From assembly GCF_009914755.1 (NCBI RefSeq), contig NC_060935.1: a DNA stretch of 64,000 bases, one strand, 5' to 3'. A program made the position numbers and the translations under genes. Every line of letters starts with the position of its first letter. Position 1 is the first letter of the stretch. Of the stretch, positions 14,890 to 28,460 are shown piece by piece. The stretch is from the human T2T-CHM13v2.0 reference genome, Homo sapiens. The notes beneath the pieces were generated by a model. The model made no database searches. It was not told the DNA's origin and saw only the letters and a list, made by a program, of their open reading frames with translations.

Positions 14890-17800
14890 CATTTTTTTAA
14901 CTTTTTATTTTGAAATACTTATAGATTCACAGGAAATTCCAAAGATAATAAGGAGAGGTCCCATATATCCTTCACCTACTTTTTCCTCAAGGGCACAGTT
15001 TTACACAATTATAACATGACATCGAAACAAGATTTTAATACTGGGACAGTTGTGTATAGCTTTATGTCATTTCATATGTATGTATACTTGTTTAGCTACC
15101 ACTGCAGTGAAGATACAGCCTTGCTTGATCACAGAGCTCAGATTCTACATGTCTGCTATGTGCTACCCCTTCTGGTCACACCACACCCCTCCCCTTACCA
15201 CTACAACCTCTGGCAATCACCAATCTATTCTCTATTTCTGCAATTTTATCATATTGATAATGTTTTGTAAATGAAATCATATAGTGTATGATCTTTGATG
15301 TTGGCTTTTTTACACTCACAATAATGCCCTTGAGAGTCATCTAAGTTGTTGCATGTATCAACAGTTTATTCCTCTTTATTTTGAGTAATATGTCATAGCA
15401 TGGATGTACCACAATATTTTAAACCATTCATTTATTGTAAGGCACTTGATTGTTTACAGTTTTGGGCAACTACAAATGAAAATGATATGAAAACTGTTGT
15501 ACAGCTTTTTGTGTGAATATGTTTTACGCAAATATAATTGCCTACAAGTCCAAAGACTGGGTTGTATGGTACGTGTATGTCTAGCAGCTTTTTACACAAC
15601 TGCTAAACTTTTTTCCAGAGTGACTACCATTTTCATCAGCAATGTATGAGTGATCCAGTTACTCTGCATCTTTCCAGCATTTGTTATTGTCACTGTTTTT
15701 CTTTTTTTTCATTTTAGCCATTCTGTAGTGATATGTCATTTGTAGTGTAGTGATATCTCATCTTGTTCTTATTTTGCATTTCCCAAATTGTTAATGATGT
15801 TGGACATCTTTTCGTGTGCTTATTCACAACTCATATAGCCTTTTTTAATAAAATGTCTATTCGTTTCTTCCACTTGTTTTCTAATTTAATTTTTTTTTTA
15901 GTTTGAAAGTTCTTATATTTTCTAAATACATGTTCTTTATCAGATACTGTATTTGAAAATGTTTTCCTCCAGTCTGTAGCATGCTTTTTCATCCTCTTAA
16001 CTAGGTCTTTAACAGAGCAAAAGTTTAATTTTAATGACATCCAATTGTGGAAATTTTTTCTTTTTGGATAGTGCTTTTGATGTCATATCTAAGAACTCTT
16101 CACAAAACCTATCCTAAAAATTTTGCCCTGAAGATTTTGTCTTAGATTACTCTCTAAGAGTTTTAAGGTTTTCTATTTTACATTTAAAGCTATGATTCAT
16201 TTTGAGTTAATTTTCATATAAGGTATGAGGTTTAGGTAGGGGTTCTTTTTTTGCCTATGAATATCTAATTGTTTCAGCATTATTTATTAAAAAAGCTTTT
16301 GACTCTGCTCAAAAATCAAATGGCTGCACTTGCGTGAATCTGTGAATTCACTATTTTGCTCCATCTTTGTATCTATCATTCCACCAATACCACAGTATTA
16401 ATTACTGTGGATATATAATAAATCTTGATGTTAGGTAAAGTGATTCATTTCATTATTTTTCTTCTTTTTCCGAATTGTATTAGCTATTCTAACTCCTTTG
16501 CTCTCCCCTATAAATTTAGAATATTTTTGTCCACATGCCAAAAATATTATGCTGAGATTTTGATTGCAGTTGTGTTAAACCTATATATCAATTTAGGAAA
16601 AATTGACACCACTATATTGAGTCTTCTAACTCCTAAACTCAATAGATGTATTTATTTAGATCTTCTTTGATTTCTTTCATCAGCTTATTGTAATTTTCAT
16701 CATCAAGTCCTATATTGGTTTTGTTAGATTTATACCTAAGTATTTCATTTTTTGAACTTTTATCAATGGTGTTGTATTTATCCCAGCTTCTACATGTTCA
16801 CTGCTAATACGGTAATAGTGTTGATTTTTTTAGAACTATCTTGTATTCTGCAACTTTTCTGAACTTATTACTTTTAGAAGTTTTTGGTAGGTTCTTGGAT
16901 TCTTCTACATAAACTATCGTATCATCTACAACGACAGTTTTATTTCTTCCTTTCTGATCTGTATCACTTTTTATGCCTCTACATCTTTTCCTCTGACTAG
17001 AACTTCCCAAACGATGTTGAATAGCACTGAAGAGAATGAGTATCCTTGCCTGTTCCCAATTTTAGAGGCAAGCATTCAGTCTATAACTATTAAGTGGGAT
17101 TTTAACTATAGATTTTTCTGTAGATGCTCTTCAGCAGGTTGAGGAAATTGCCCTCTTTTCCTAGTTTTCAGGGATTTTTTTAAATAAGTAGATGTTAAAT
17201 TTTGTCAAATTCCTTTTCTTCATTAGTTTATATTATCTGGTGATTTTTCTCTTTTAGACCTGTAATATACTCCACTTGGTCATTGTGTATAATTTTATAT
17301 ACATAGCTGAATTATACTTGCCAATATTTTGTTACAGATTTTGCATTTATATTTATTAAAGATATTGGGCTGTGGTTTTTTGTTTGTTTGTTTGCTATTT
17401 TGTCCGCTTTTGCTAATAAGGTAATATTGAATTCATAGAGTAAGCTGGGAAATGTTCTTTTACATCTGTTTTCTGAAAGAAATTGTACAGAGTTGAAGTT
17501 AATTCTTTTTTATACATTTAGTGAATTTTCCAGTGATATTGTTGAAAGAAAGTTTTTACATTATAAATTCAGTTCTTCATGGCTGTAGGGCTATTCAAAT
17601 TATCATTTTTTTCATATAGGTTAGTTTATACATTTCAATTAATTGATTCATTTCAGTTGTCAAATTAATATGTGTAGAGATGTCTGTAGTGTTGCAGGAC
17701 TTTTCCTTAGTTCAGTTAAAGATGGGGTTCTTTGTCCCACCATCACAAAAATTCAGGCTCGCAGACAATTGCAATGGTGAGTGAGACATGGTTTTATTGG

Positions 17801-19280
17801 GTGAAAAGGAAGAAAAGGGGGAAACAGGGATTCTCGCGACGCCAGAGTCCCTGCTAGAGCACTTCCCACCCACCGTTCAAATCCCAGCTTCCACACAGGA
17901 AGAGGAGGAGCCAGGCTCCTCCCTGCTGCAGACATCGTGAACTTCCTGAGATTCTCCCTCAGTGGGCAGGGGGGCTGGAGTTTCTCTGAGGGCCGCCTCC
18001 CACCTGGCTGTCTCATTGCCCCCTCTAAAGAAGTACATCTAACTGCCCTTAGATTAAGGATAAGGACGAAGACCAATCTTAACTGCTTCCTGCTGACAGG
18101 GGCCTCTATTTTGGGGAAACAGCAATAAGAGCTTCCCTATTTAAGGGTTCCTGGCAGAAGGGGCCATCGTCTGAGACTCCAGTTGCATTACTGTTTGGTG
18201 TTTGATGGCCTGAAGGCAAGAACAGACAAACCGGGTTATTAGAAAACATGTATCAAAGTGAAACAAGGGGAGGGGTAAGGACAGCTCAAAAATTCCGAGA
18301 CCTTTTACCAGTTTACACAGGGAGAGGGAGGCCAAAAGCCCAGCTGCGAGAAAACTTTTCACTTTTGCTGACATGCTGGGCGTCTGGGTTCCCTTCCCCT
18401 GAGCCCAATCCTAAAACAGCCAGTTTAAGGTTTGGGAAATTAACTTTTCAGTTTGGAGGATGCATCTGAGGGGAGTGTCCTATAGTACAGAGACACAATT
18501 ACCTATTAGTGAAGAGAAAACCAAGGAGAAGAAAGGAAAAAGAAGGCATTTTTTAAAGGAGTCCCAAGGGTTCAGGATGCATTTGAAAGGGGTACAGACT
18601 AAAGATGAATGGCTACCCATCTAGAAAGACGCGAGCAGGGATCCCTGGTTCCCTTCTCTTTCTAGCAGCCAGAGATTGCTGGTTCAATTGCATTGTGGTC
18701 AGGAGCACAAACTGTGTGAATTCAATTCTTCTAAAATTACAGAGATTATATACAATCTGTCTTGATACATGTTCTGCAAGTGCTGGAAAAAATATGTATT
18801 GTATTCATGTGAGTTGGACCTTTCTATAAATATCAATGATATCCTGTTGGCTTACGGTGTTGAGTTCTTCTATATCTTTGCTGATTTTCTGTCTAATGCA
18901 GTAAATTTCTGAGAAAGGAATATTGAATTCCCCAGTTATAATTATAGATTGACCTTTATGGCAATTCAATTTTTTCAGTTTTTCCTTTATATATATTATA
19001 GTTTACTTGTTTGGTGCCTACACATTTAGGATTGCTATTTCTTCTTGATAGATTAACATTTTTATTATTATGTAATATTCTTCTTTGTCCTTGGTAATTT
19101 TCTTTGCTGTGAAATATACTTTAATATTTCTATAGACATACTTTCTTTCTTTTGATTAATGTCTGCATGATATATTTCTTGCTCCCCTTTATTTCAAACC
19201 TATATGTATCTTGAAGAGAGTTTCTTGTACACAATATAATTGCATCATTTTTCTATGCACTCTGCCATATTCTTTCTTTT
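14890..19280 (-). mobile_element. Old L1M (L1MC-like) 3' portion, interrupted by the MER61 element
   Basis: T-rich antisense L1 3' UTR/ORF2 sequence; paralog at 43645-48450. Confidence 0.8.
17690..18672 (-). mobile_element. MER61-like ERV1 3' LTR (17690-18015) plus truncated internal sequence
   Basis: TG...CA termini, reverse start TGAGACAGCCAGGTGGGAG, and PPT complement TTGCCCCCTCT at 18016. The adjacent internal sequence resembles 29263-29470. Confidence 0.75.
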
Positions 19281-19554
19281 AATTGTTATTAACTGAAAGA
19301 AACATGAAACATCAGAAGGTTAAGAAAGTAGAAAGGGTAAAATACAACAGACTTTCCTTCTCTCTTGAGTTTTTAAAATTATATTTGAGAGTTGAAGCAA
19401 AAATTATAATACTGCCTAAGGTTGTTCTCAGTGTACGTGAAGGAAATAGTTACAACAATTACATTATAAGTGGGAGACAGTAAAGAAACAAAAAAGGATG
19501 TAAGGTTGCCACACTTCACTAAAACTGGTAAAATGGACACAAGTTATGATTATA

Positions 19555-19901
19555 CAGGCATATCTCAGAGAGATTGTGAGTTCAGTTCCAGACCACCTCA
19601 ATTAAGTGACTATCACAACAAAGCAAGTCACACAAATATTTTGGTTTCCCAATGCATACAAAAGTTATGTTTATACTGTGCTGTAGTCTATTAAATGTGC
19701 AATATCATTATGTCTAAAAAAGCATATGCCTTTATTTAAAATACTTTATTGCTAAAAAATGTCAACACAAAGAAATTAAATGAGCACATGCTACTGGAAA
19801 ATGGTGCTAATAGGCTTGTTTAATGCAGGATTACCACAAACCATTAAATTATTTTTTAAAAATGCAATATCTGTGAAGCAAAATAAAATAAAGTATGCTC
19901 A
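19555..19901 (-). mobile_element. Internally deleted Tigger1 DNA transposon; paralog at about 49027-49374
   Basis: TA-flanked CAGGCATATCTC TIR and both Tigger1 terminal regions. Confidence 0.8.
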
Positions 19902-20281
19902 TATAATGTAACACCTAGAGAACCCACTAAAAAACTATACAAAGATATCTAATAATAACGCTATATTACAAAATCACTGTAGATGCACCATAATGGGATT
20001 ATTTTTAAAAAGTTCAAGTGACCCACAGAAACGCTGGAAAAAGAAAAGAGATAAACAAAAAAGAAAATGAACACTTAATTTAAAAAAATGGCAGACAACT
20101 TTAACGTATCAATGACCACATAAAACATAAACAATTTTCTCGGTTTTTCAAACAATAAAGGTCATGAATTCCTCTTATAAAAGTGAAAGTTTAGAAGTTT
20201 AGAAAATAATGTTCTAGTTCACCTAATGCCACACCCATGAATAACTATACTTGAATTGATGTGCACACTTTCTGGCATTTA

Positions 20282-20662
<381 letters not shown>

Positions 20663-21098
20663 TTACATATTTTTCTACAACATGCTTTTCTCTTTTGACT
20701 CCATAAGAGTATATATTTATCTCACTGCTTTAGACTAGATATTAATAAATAATATGAGTCTACTAAAATTTATACAATTCTATTTCCTAATTTTGCTATT
20801 AGAAGGTTTTCATTAACTTATTTTCAATGCAAGTTACATAATATTATAGATAATATGCATATTACTGATACTATAAACAAGCGAATGAATATAAACTTCT
20901 AGATGAGTTCTGTGATCCCCATTGTACAGAGGAAGTAACTAGAGCCAAAGGGAGTTATAGGCTTTTTTCTACTAATGGATGAGACAAAAATTCAAAACCA
21001 GGGCTGCTTATTTCCTTTCCACTGCACAATATTGACTATGAATGAAGCCTGAGAAATCCAGCACTATTCATATATTAAGCATGTTTAAAATGCTTGGG

Positions 21099-21177
21099 AA
21101 AACTCCCATGATGTGAGTTTACCTATGTAACAAACCTTCACACGTACCCCTGAACATAAAATAAAAGTTTAAAAAAA
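21099..21177 (+). mobile_element. About 80-bp L1PA 3'-end insertion shared with unit 3 (50275-50347)
   Basis: TTTACCTATGTAACAAACCTTCAC... with an A tail and TSD of about AAAATGCTTGGG. Empty at about 3280. Confidence 0.8.
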
Positions 21178-22268
21178 TGTTTGGGCAGTTGGCCATTTTC
21201 TTCGTAGCACTCATTTGATTAGAAAACACCTTCAGCATAGATGAAATAAAATATTTCATACTGAATCAACCAACCGCTAACTCGATATAAACATAGAAAT
21301 GTATAAATTCTGCATGAAATTGGGGGTGGGGCTTGTACTACTTTTGTTAGCTCCTGAAAAGCATCCCCATAATTTCATATTATTTTATTTCAATCCAGAT
21401 GATTGAAGTCAAATTGATATGATGAATGTCATTACTCTATCAAAATTCTAGCTTAAGTAGACCTCTGGCCTATTCTACCTTCTTCTAATAAAGGTTTATC
21501 CCAATAAAAGGAACACTCCTTGAAAGAACTGTATTTCTTTCATTTTACAGTAAATTTACCCTAGGAAGAAACTTATACGAACTTACTATACTTCAGTCCT
21601 TGTTAGATGTTAAAATGAAGAGAATTGTTTCTTGTTCCTCAACTACAGAATTGAAAAAAAAAAGTAATAGAAAATGTAAGGCTATTTCTCAGGCATCCAT
21701 TACATAATGAGGTTATTTTGCTTGTAAAGAATATCACATAGATGAGAGATGCAGTCTAGGGATACTAATACAAAGACACGTTGAAGCCTTCAAACATATG
21801 TGAACCATGAACACATTTCAAAAAAATTCTCTCTAATTCTATTAATTTCCAAAGCTGGAACCAAAATTAAAATGGTAAGTGGCTGTGAACAATTATAAGT
21901 TTCTAAAAAAGTAAAAAATTACATTTTAGCATTACTTTAAAAATATGGATAGCTGTTTAATACAGAGGAAAATTGTCAATCTATGTTTCTAAGAACTATA
22001 CACATTAGGAGTTAGGATACTTCTAAGACAATCTCCTTCGATTTTGAAGATGAATCCATTTCATCTTACATCAAGTAAATCACTCTTTACTTGATGATTA
22101 TAAATACATTTCTTAAATTTGAAAATGAATAACACTATTGTATTTGTCATAAAAATACAAATAGAAAAAAGTGACTTGAAATATAGAGCCATTTCATTGC
22201 AAGAAATCTCAAAGATTTCCCTTCTTTTCTGGGTCCTTCTCTTGGTCATTTCTAGACTTTTACTAGCC

Positions 22269-23198
22269 ATGACACTAGGAAACAGCACTGAAGTCACTGA
22301 ATTCTATCTTCTGGGATTTGGTGCCCAGCATGAGTTTTGGTGTATCCTCTTCATTGTATTCCTTCTCATCTATGTGACCTCCATAATGGGTAATACTGGA
22401 ATAATCTTACTCATCAACACAGATTCCAGATTTCAAACACTCACGTACTTTTTTCTACAACATTTGGCTTTTGTTGATATCTGTTACACTTCTGCTATCA
22501 CTCCCAAGATGCTCCAAAGCTTCACAGAAGAAAAGAATTTGATATTATTTCAGGGCTGTGTGATACAATTCTTAGTTTATGCAACATTTGCAACCAGTGA
22601 CTGTTATCTCCTGGCTATGATGGCAGTGGATCCTTATGTTGCCATCTGTAAGCCCCTTCACTATACTGTAATCATGTCCCGAACAGTCTGCATCCGTTTG
22701 GTAGCTGGTTCATACATCATGGGCTCAATAAATGCCTCTGTACAAACAGGTTTTACATGTTCACTGTCCTTCTGCAAGTCCAATAGCATCAATCACTTTT
22801 TCTGTGATGTTCCCCCTATTCTTGCTCTTTCATGCTCCAATGTTGACATCAACATCATGCTACTTGTTGTCTTTGTGGGATCTAACTTGATATTCACTGG
22901 GTTGGTCGTCATCTTTTCCTACATCTACATCATGGCCACCATCCTGAAAATGTCTTCTAGTGCAGGAAGGAAAAAATCCTTCTCAACATGTGCTTCCCAC
23001 CTGACCGCAGTCACCATTTTCTATGGGACACTCTCTTACATGTATTTGCAGTCTCATTCTAATAATTCCCAGGAAAATATGAAAGTGGCCTTTATATTTT
23101 ATGGCACAGTTATTCCCATGTTAAATCCTTTAATCTATAGCTTGAGAAATAAGGAAGTAAAAGAAGCTTTAAAAGTGATAGGGAAAAAGTTATTTTAA
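22269..23198 (+). CDS. OR5AK2: Olfactory receptor 5AK2, 309 aa, intact single-exon ORF
   Basis: [12 protein letters not shown]...[27 protein letters not shown] with seven hydrophobic segments, an N5 glycosylation sequon and OR motifs. Matches the recalled OR5AK2 protein. Confidence 0.93.
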   Translation: MTLGNSTEVTEFYLLGFGAQHEFWCILFIVFLLIYVTSIMGNTGIILLINTDSRFQTLTYFFLQHLAFVDICYTSAITPKMLQSFTEEKNLILFQGCVIQFLVYATFATSDCYLLAMMAVDPYVAICKPLHYTVIMSRTVCIRLVAGSYIMGSINASVQTGFTCSLSFCKSNSINHFFCDVPPILALSCSNVDINIMLLVVFVGSNLIFTGLVVIFSYIYIMATILKMSSSAGRKKSFSTCASHLTAVTIFYGTLSYMYLQSHSNNSQENMKVAFIFYGTVIPMLNPLIYSLRNKEVKEALKVIGKKLF

Positions 23199-25079
23199 AT
23201 CAGCCCCAGTTGTTAACATTCAACTCAACAAATCATCCAACATAGCTGTTCTGCTAAAATTTAATTTTTCCACAATAAGGAATATGTAGAAAGATGTCAA
23301 ATTAATAATCTAACATCACCTCTAGAGGAATTTAAAATACAAAAGCCAACAAATCCCAAACCTAGCAGAAGAAAAAAATAACTAAAATCAGAACAGAACT
23401 GAACAAAATTGAGACCCAAAATTTATGCAAAAATTTAATGAAACCAAAATTTGGTTTCTTGGAAGAATAAATAAGATTGGTAGGCTGCTAGCCAGATTCA
23501 CAAAGAGAAAAGAGGGAATATCTAAATAAGCACAACCAGAAAGAACAAAGGTGACATTACAACCAATCCCACAGAAATACAAAAAAATACTCAGAGACTA
23601 TTATGAACACTTCCATGCAAATAAGCTAGAAAATATAGAGAAAAATGGATGAATTCCTGGGAACATACAGCCTCTCAGGATTTTATCAGAAAGACACTGA
23701 AACCCTGAGCCAATCAATACCAAGTTTTGAAATTGAATCTCTACTAAAAAAAACCTACCAACCAAAAAAAAAAAATCCCAGACCAAAAGAATTTGCTGTC
23801 AAATTCTATCAGATGTAAAAAGAAGAGCTGGGGCCAATTCTAGTGAAACTATTTGGAAAAATTGAGGAACAGGGACTCTTCTGTAACTCATTCTATGAAA
23901 CTAGTATCAGCCTGATACAAAAACCTGACAAAGACACAATGAAAAAAGAAAACTGCAAGCCAGTATTCCTGATAAACATAGATGCAAAACCATCAATGAA
24001 ATACTAGCAAACCAAATTCAACAGCACATCAAAAGTTAATTCACCATGATCAAGTAGGCTTCATTCTTGGATGCAAGATTGGTTGAAAATGTGCAAATCA
24101 CAAAATGTTATTCACTACCTAAACAGCATTTAAAACAAAAACCATATGATCTCAGTAGATGCAGAAAAAGCCTTCAATAAAATGTTACCTTCTTTTATAA
24201 TAAAAATTCTCAACAAAATAGGGATCAAAGCAACATACCTCAAAATAAATGCCAGCTATGCCAAATTCACAGCCAACATCATGAATGGGCAAAAACTGAA
24301 AGCATTCCCCTTTGAGAACTGGAACAAGACAAGGATGCCCACTCTCACCACTGCTCTTCAAGATAGTTCTAAAAGTCGTAAGCAAACCAACGAGGTAAGA
24401 GAAAGAACCAAAAGGCACCCAAATAGGAAAAGAAGAAGTCAAACTATCTCTTTTTGTGGACTATATGATTCTATATCTAGATAACTCTAAAAACTCTGCC
24501 AAAAGGCTCCTGGAGCTGATAAATGAATTTACTAAATTTTTAGGTAACAAAATCAAAGTACAAAAGTTAGTAGCACTTCTAAACCCCAATAATATTAAGC
24601 TGAGAGCCAAATCACAAATGCAATCCAATTTACAATAGCTACCAAAAATAATAAAAATATTAGGAAAACATCAGACCAATAAAATAAAATATCTCTACAG
24701 AGAGAATTATAAAATACTGTGCAAAGAAATCAGAGAGGACAAAAATAAATGGGAAAACAGTCCATACTCATGGATTAGAATAATCAATATCATTAAAATG
24801 GCGAAACTGCCCCCAAGCAATCTACAAATTCAATGCTGTTCCTATCAACCATCAATGCCATTTTTCACAGAATTAGAAAAACTATTCTAAAATTCATATG
24901 AAACTGGAAAAGAGCCCAAATAGTGAAAGCAATCCTTAGCAAAAGAACAAAGCTGGAGGTATCACATTACCTGCCGTCAAAACATACTGTGGGGCTAACA
25001 GTGGCAAAAAGAGTCTGGTACTATTACAAAAACGATGACATAGACTAGTGGAACAGAATAGAGAACATAGAAAGAAAGC

Positions 25080-25080
<1 letters not shown>

Positions 25081-25143
<63 letters not shown>
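25081..25143. repeat. (CA)n(GA)n compound microsatellite inside L1
   Basis: Seen directly; short and unexpanded in the paralogs at about 7185 and 54258. Confidence 0.95.
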
Positions 25144-26337
25144 TCTGATCTTTAACAAAGTCAACAAAATTAAGCAATGCAGAAAGAACTTCTATTCAAT
25201 AAATGGTGCTGGGATAATAGGCTACCAATATGCCAAATAAATGAAACTAGACGCCTACGTTTTGCTATGCACAAAAACTAACTCAAGACGGATTAAAGAT
25301 TTAAATGTGATACCTCAAACTAAAAGAATTCTAGAAGAAAACTTGGGAAACATCATTCTGAACATCAGCCTTGGGAAATAATTTATGACTAAGTCTTCAA
25401 AAGCAATTGTGACAAAAACAAAACTTGACAAGTGTAACCTAATTCAATTAAACAGTTTCTGCATAGCAAAAGAAACTATCAAAAGCATGTACGGGAAACC
25501 TACAGAATGGGAGAAAATATTCACAAACTGTGTATCCAACAAATCTAATATCCAGAATGTATAAGTATCTTAAACAACTTAACAAGCAAAAACAAATAAC
25601 CCCATTAAAAAGTGAGCCAAGGATATCAACAATCAACAGACACGTCTCAAAACAAGACATACAAGAAGCCAACAAACATATGAAAATATGCTCAGCACTA
25701 ATCATCAGAAAAATGCAAATCAAAACCACAATGAGAAAGCCATCTCACACCAGCAAGAATGTCTATTATTAACAAGTCAAAAATTAATAGATGCTGGCCA
25801 GGCTGTGGAGAAAAGGGAATGCTTATACACTGTTGGGGATGTAAACCCATTCAGCCACTGTGGAAGGCAATCTGGGGATTTCTGAAAGAACTTAAAACAG
25901 AACTATCATTTGACCTAGTAATCCCATAACTGGATAATATTTAAAAGAAAATAAAGTTTTCTACCAAAAAGACATAAGTGCTCATATGTTCACTACATCA
26001 TCATTCATAACAACAACAACATAGAATCAACCTAAGTGCACATCAATGGTGGATTGGATAAAGAAAACATGGTATGTATACACCATGGAATACCACACAG
26101 TCATAAAAATGAACAAATTCAAGTCTTTTGTAGCTACTTGGATACAGCTAGATGCCATTATCCTAAGTGAATTAACGTGGAAACAGAAAAGCAAATACCA
26201 CATGTTATCATGTATAAGTAGGAGCTAAACACTAAATACACAGAGACACAAAGACAAGAACAATAGACACTGGGGACTACTAGGGGGAAGGAGCAATTGG
26301 GGTAAGGGTTAGAAACACTAACTGTTGGGTACTATTG

Positions 26338-28457
26338 TGTATTAGTACATTTTCATGCTGCTGATAAAGAGATACCCAAGACTGGGCAATTTACAAAAGA
26401 AAGAGGTTTACTGGACTTACAGTTTCACATGGCTGGGGAAGCCTCACAATTATGGCAGAAGGTTAAAGGTGCATATCACATGGTGGTAGACAATGGAAGA
26501 GAGCTTGTGCAGGGAGACCTCCATTTTTAAAAACATGAGGTCTCATGAGACTCATTCACTATCACAAGAACTGCATAGGAAAGACTTGCCCCTGTAATTC
26601 AACCACCTCCCACCGGGTTTCATACATGATACATGGGAATAGTGGGAGTTACAATTCAAAATGAGATGTGGGTGAGGACACAGCCAAATCATATCATTCC
26701 AACCCTGGCCCCTCCCAAACTTTATTTCCTCACATTTCAAAACCAATTATGCCTTCCCAACAGTTCTCCAAAGTCTTAACTCATTTCAGCATTAACTCAA
26801 AAAGTCCACAGTCCAACATCTCATCTGAAACAAGGCAAGTCCCTTCTGACTATGAGCCTGTAAAATCAAAAGCAAATTAGCTACTTCCTAGGTAAAATGG
26901 GGATACAGGTGTTGGGTAAATTTACAGCCATTCCAAGTGGGAGAAAATGGCCAAAATAAAGGGGTTACAGGCCCCATGCAAGTCTGAAATCCCACAGGGC
27001 AGTCAAATCTTAAAGCTCCAAAATGATCTCCTTTGACTCCATGTCTCACATCCAGGTCATGGTGATGCAAGAGATGGGTTCCCATCGTCTTGGGCAGCTC
27101 TGTCACTGTGGCTTTGCAGGGTATATCCCCACTCCTGGCTGCTTTCACAAACTGACCTTGAGTGTCTGTGGGTTTTCCAGGTGCACAGCGCAAGCTGTCA
27201 GTGGATCTACCTTTCTGGGGTCTGGAGGATGGTGGCCCTCTTCCCACAGCTCCACTAGGTGGTGCTCCAGTAGAAACTCTGTGTGGGGACTCTGACCACA
27301 CATTACTCTTCTGCAATGCCCTAGCAGAAGTTCTCTATGAGGGCCCCACTGCTGCAGCAAACTTCTGCCTGGGCATCCATGCACTTCCATACATTCTCTG
27401 AAATCTAGGTGGAGGTTCTCAACCCTCAGTTCTTGACTTTTGCGCACTCTCAGGCTCAACAGCTTGGAAGTTAAAGCTTCCAAGACTTGGGGCTTCCACC
27501 CAAAAGTCTCTGACATGCCCTGGAGATATATTCCCCATTGTCTGGGTGAATAACACTTGATCCCTTATTACTTATTCAAATTTCTGCAGCCAAATTTAAT
27601 TTCTCCTCAAAAAATTGGATTTTCTTTTTTATCACATTGTCAGGCTACATATTTTCCAAACTTTCATGCTTTGTTTCCCTTTTAAAATTGAATTTCTTTA
27701 ACACCATGCAAGTCACATCTTGAATGCTTTGCTGCTTAGAAATTTCTTGCATTAGATATTCTAAATCATCTCTCTTGAGTTCAAAGTTCCACAGATCTCT
27801 AGGGCAGGAGCAAAATGTCACCAGTCTCTTTGCTAAAACATAACAAGAATCACCTTTGCTCCAGTTCCCAAAGAGTTCCTCATCTCCAACTGAGACCAAC
27901 TCAGCCTGAATTCTATTGTCCATATCATTATCAACATTTGGGGCTAAGCCATTCAATAAGTCTCTAGAGAGTTCCAAACTTTCCCACATTTTTCTGTCTT
28001 CTTCTGGACCCTCCAAACTGTTTCAACCTCTGCCTGTTACCCAGTTCCAAAGTCACTTCCACATTTTCAGGTTATCTTTTCAGCAGCACCCCACTCCTGG
28101 TACAAATTTACTGTATTAATCTGTTCTCATGCTGCTGATAAAAACATACCTGAGTCTGGGCAATTTACAAAAGAAAGAATTTTATTGAACTTACAGTTCC
28201 ACATGGCATGGGGAGGCCCCACAATCATGGTGGGAGGTGAAAGGCACATCTCACATGGTGACAGAAAAGAGAAGAGAGCTCCCATTTTTAAAACCATCAG
28301 ATCTCATAAGACTCATTTGCTGTCATGAGAACAGCACAGGAAAAGCTCACCCCTATAATTCAGTCACCTCCCACCGGGTTCCTCTCATGACAAGTGGGAA
28401 TAGTGGGAGTTACAATTCAAGATGAGATTTGGGTGGGGACACAACCAAACCATATCA
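26338..28457 (-). mobile_element. Full THE1 (THE1B-like) MaLR element: LTR 26338-26696, internal region, LTR 28112-28457
   Basis: Two LTRs of about 350 bp reading TGTATTA...ATATCA, THE1-int ORF remnants (27645-28016), and a 5-bp TSD TATTG/TATTA. Confidence 0.92.
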
Positions 28458-28460
28458 TAT

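Noticed and set aside
17690-18015. Possible p53 element, since MER61 LTRs are known carriers
   Set aside because: No paired RRRCWWGYYY half-sites are visible; there is only an imperfect AGACATGGTT.
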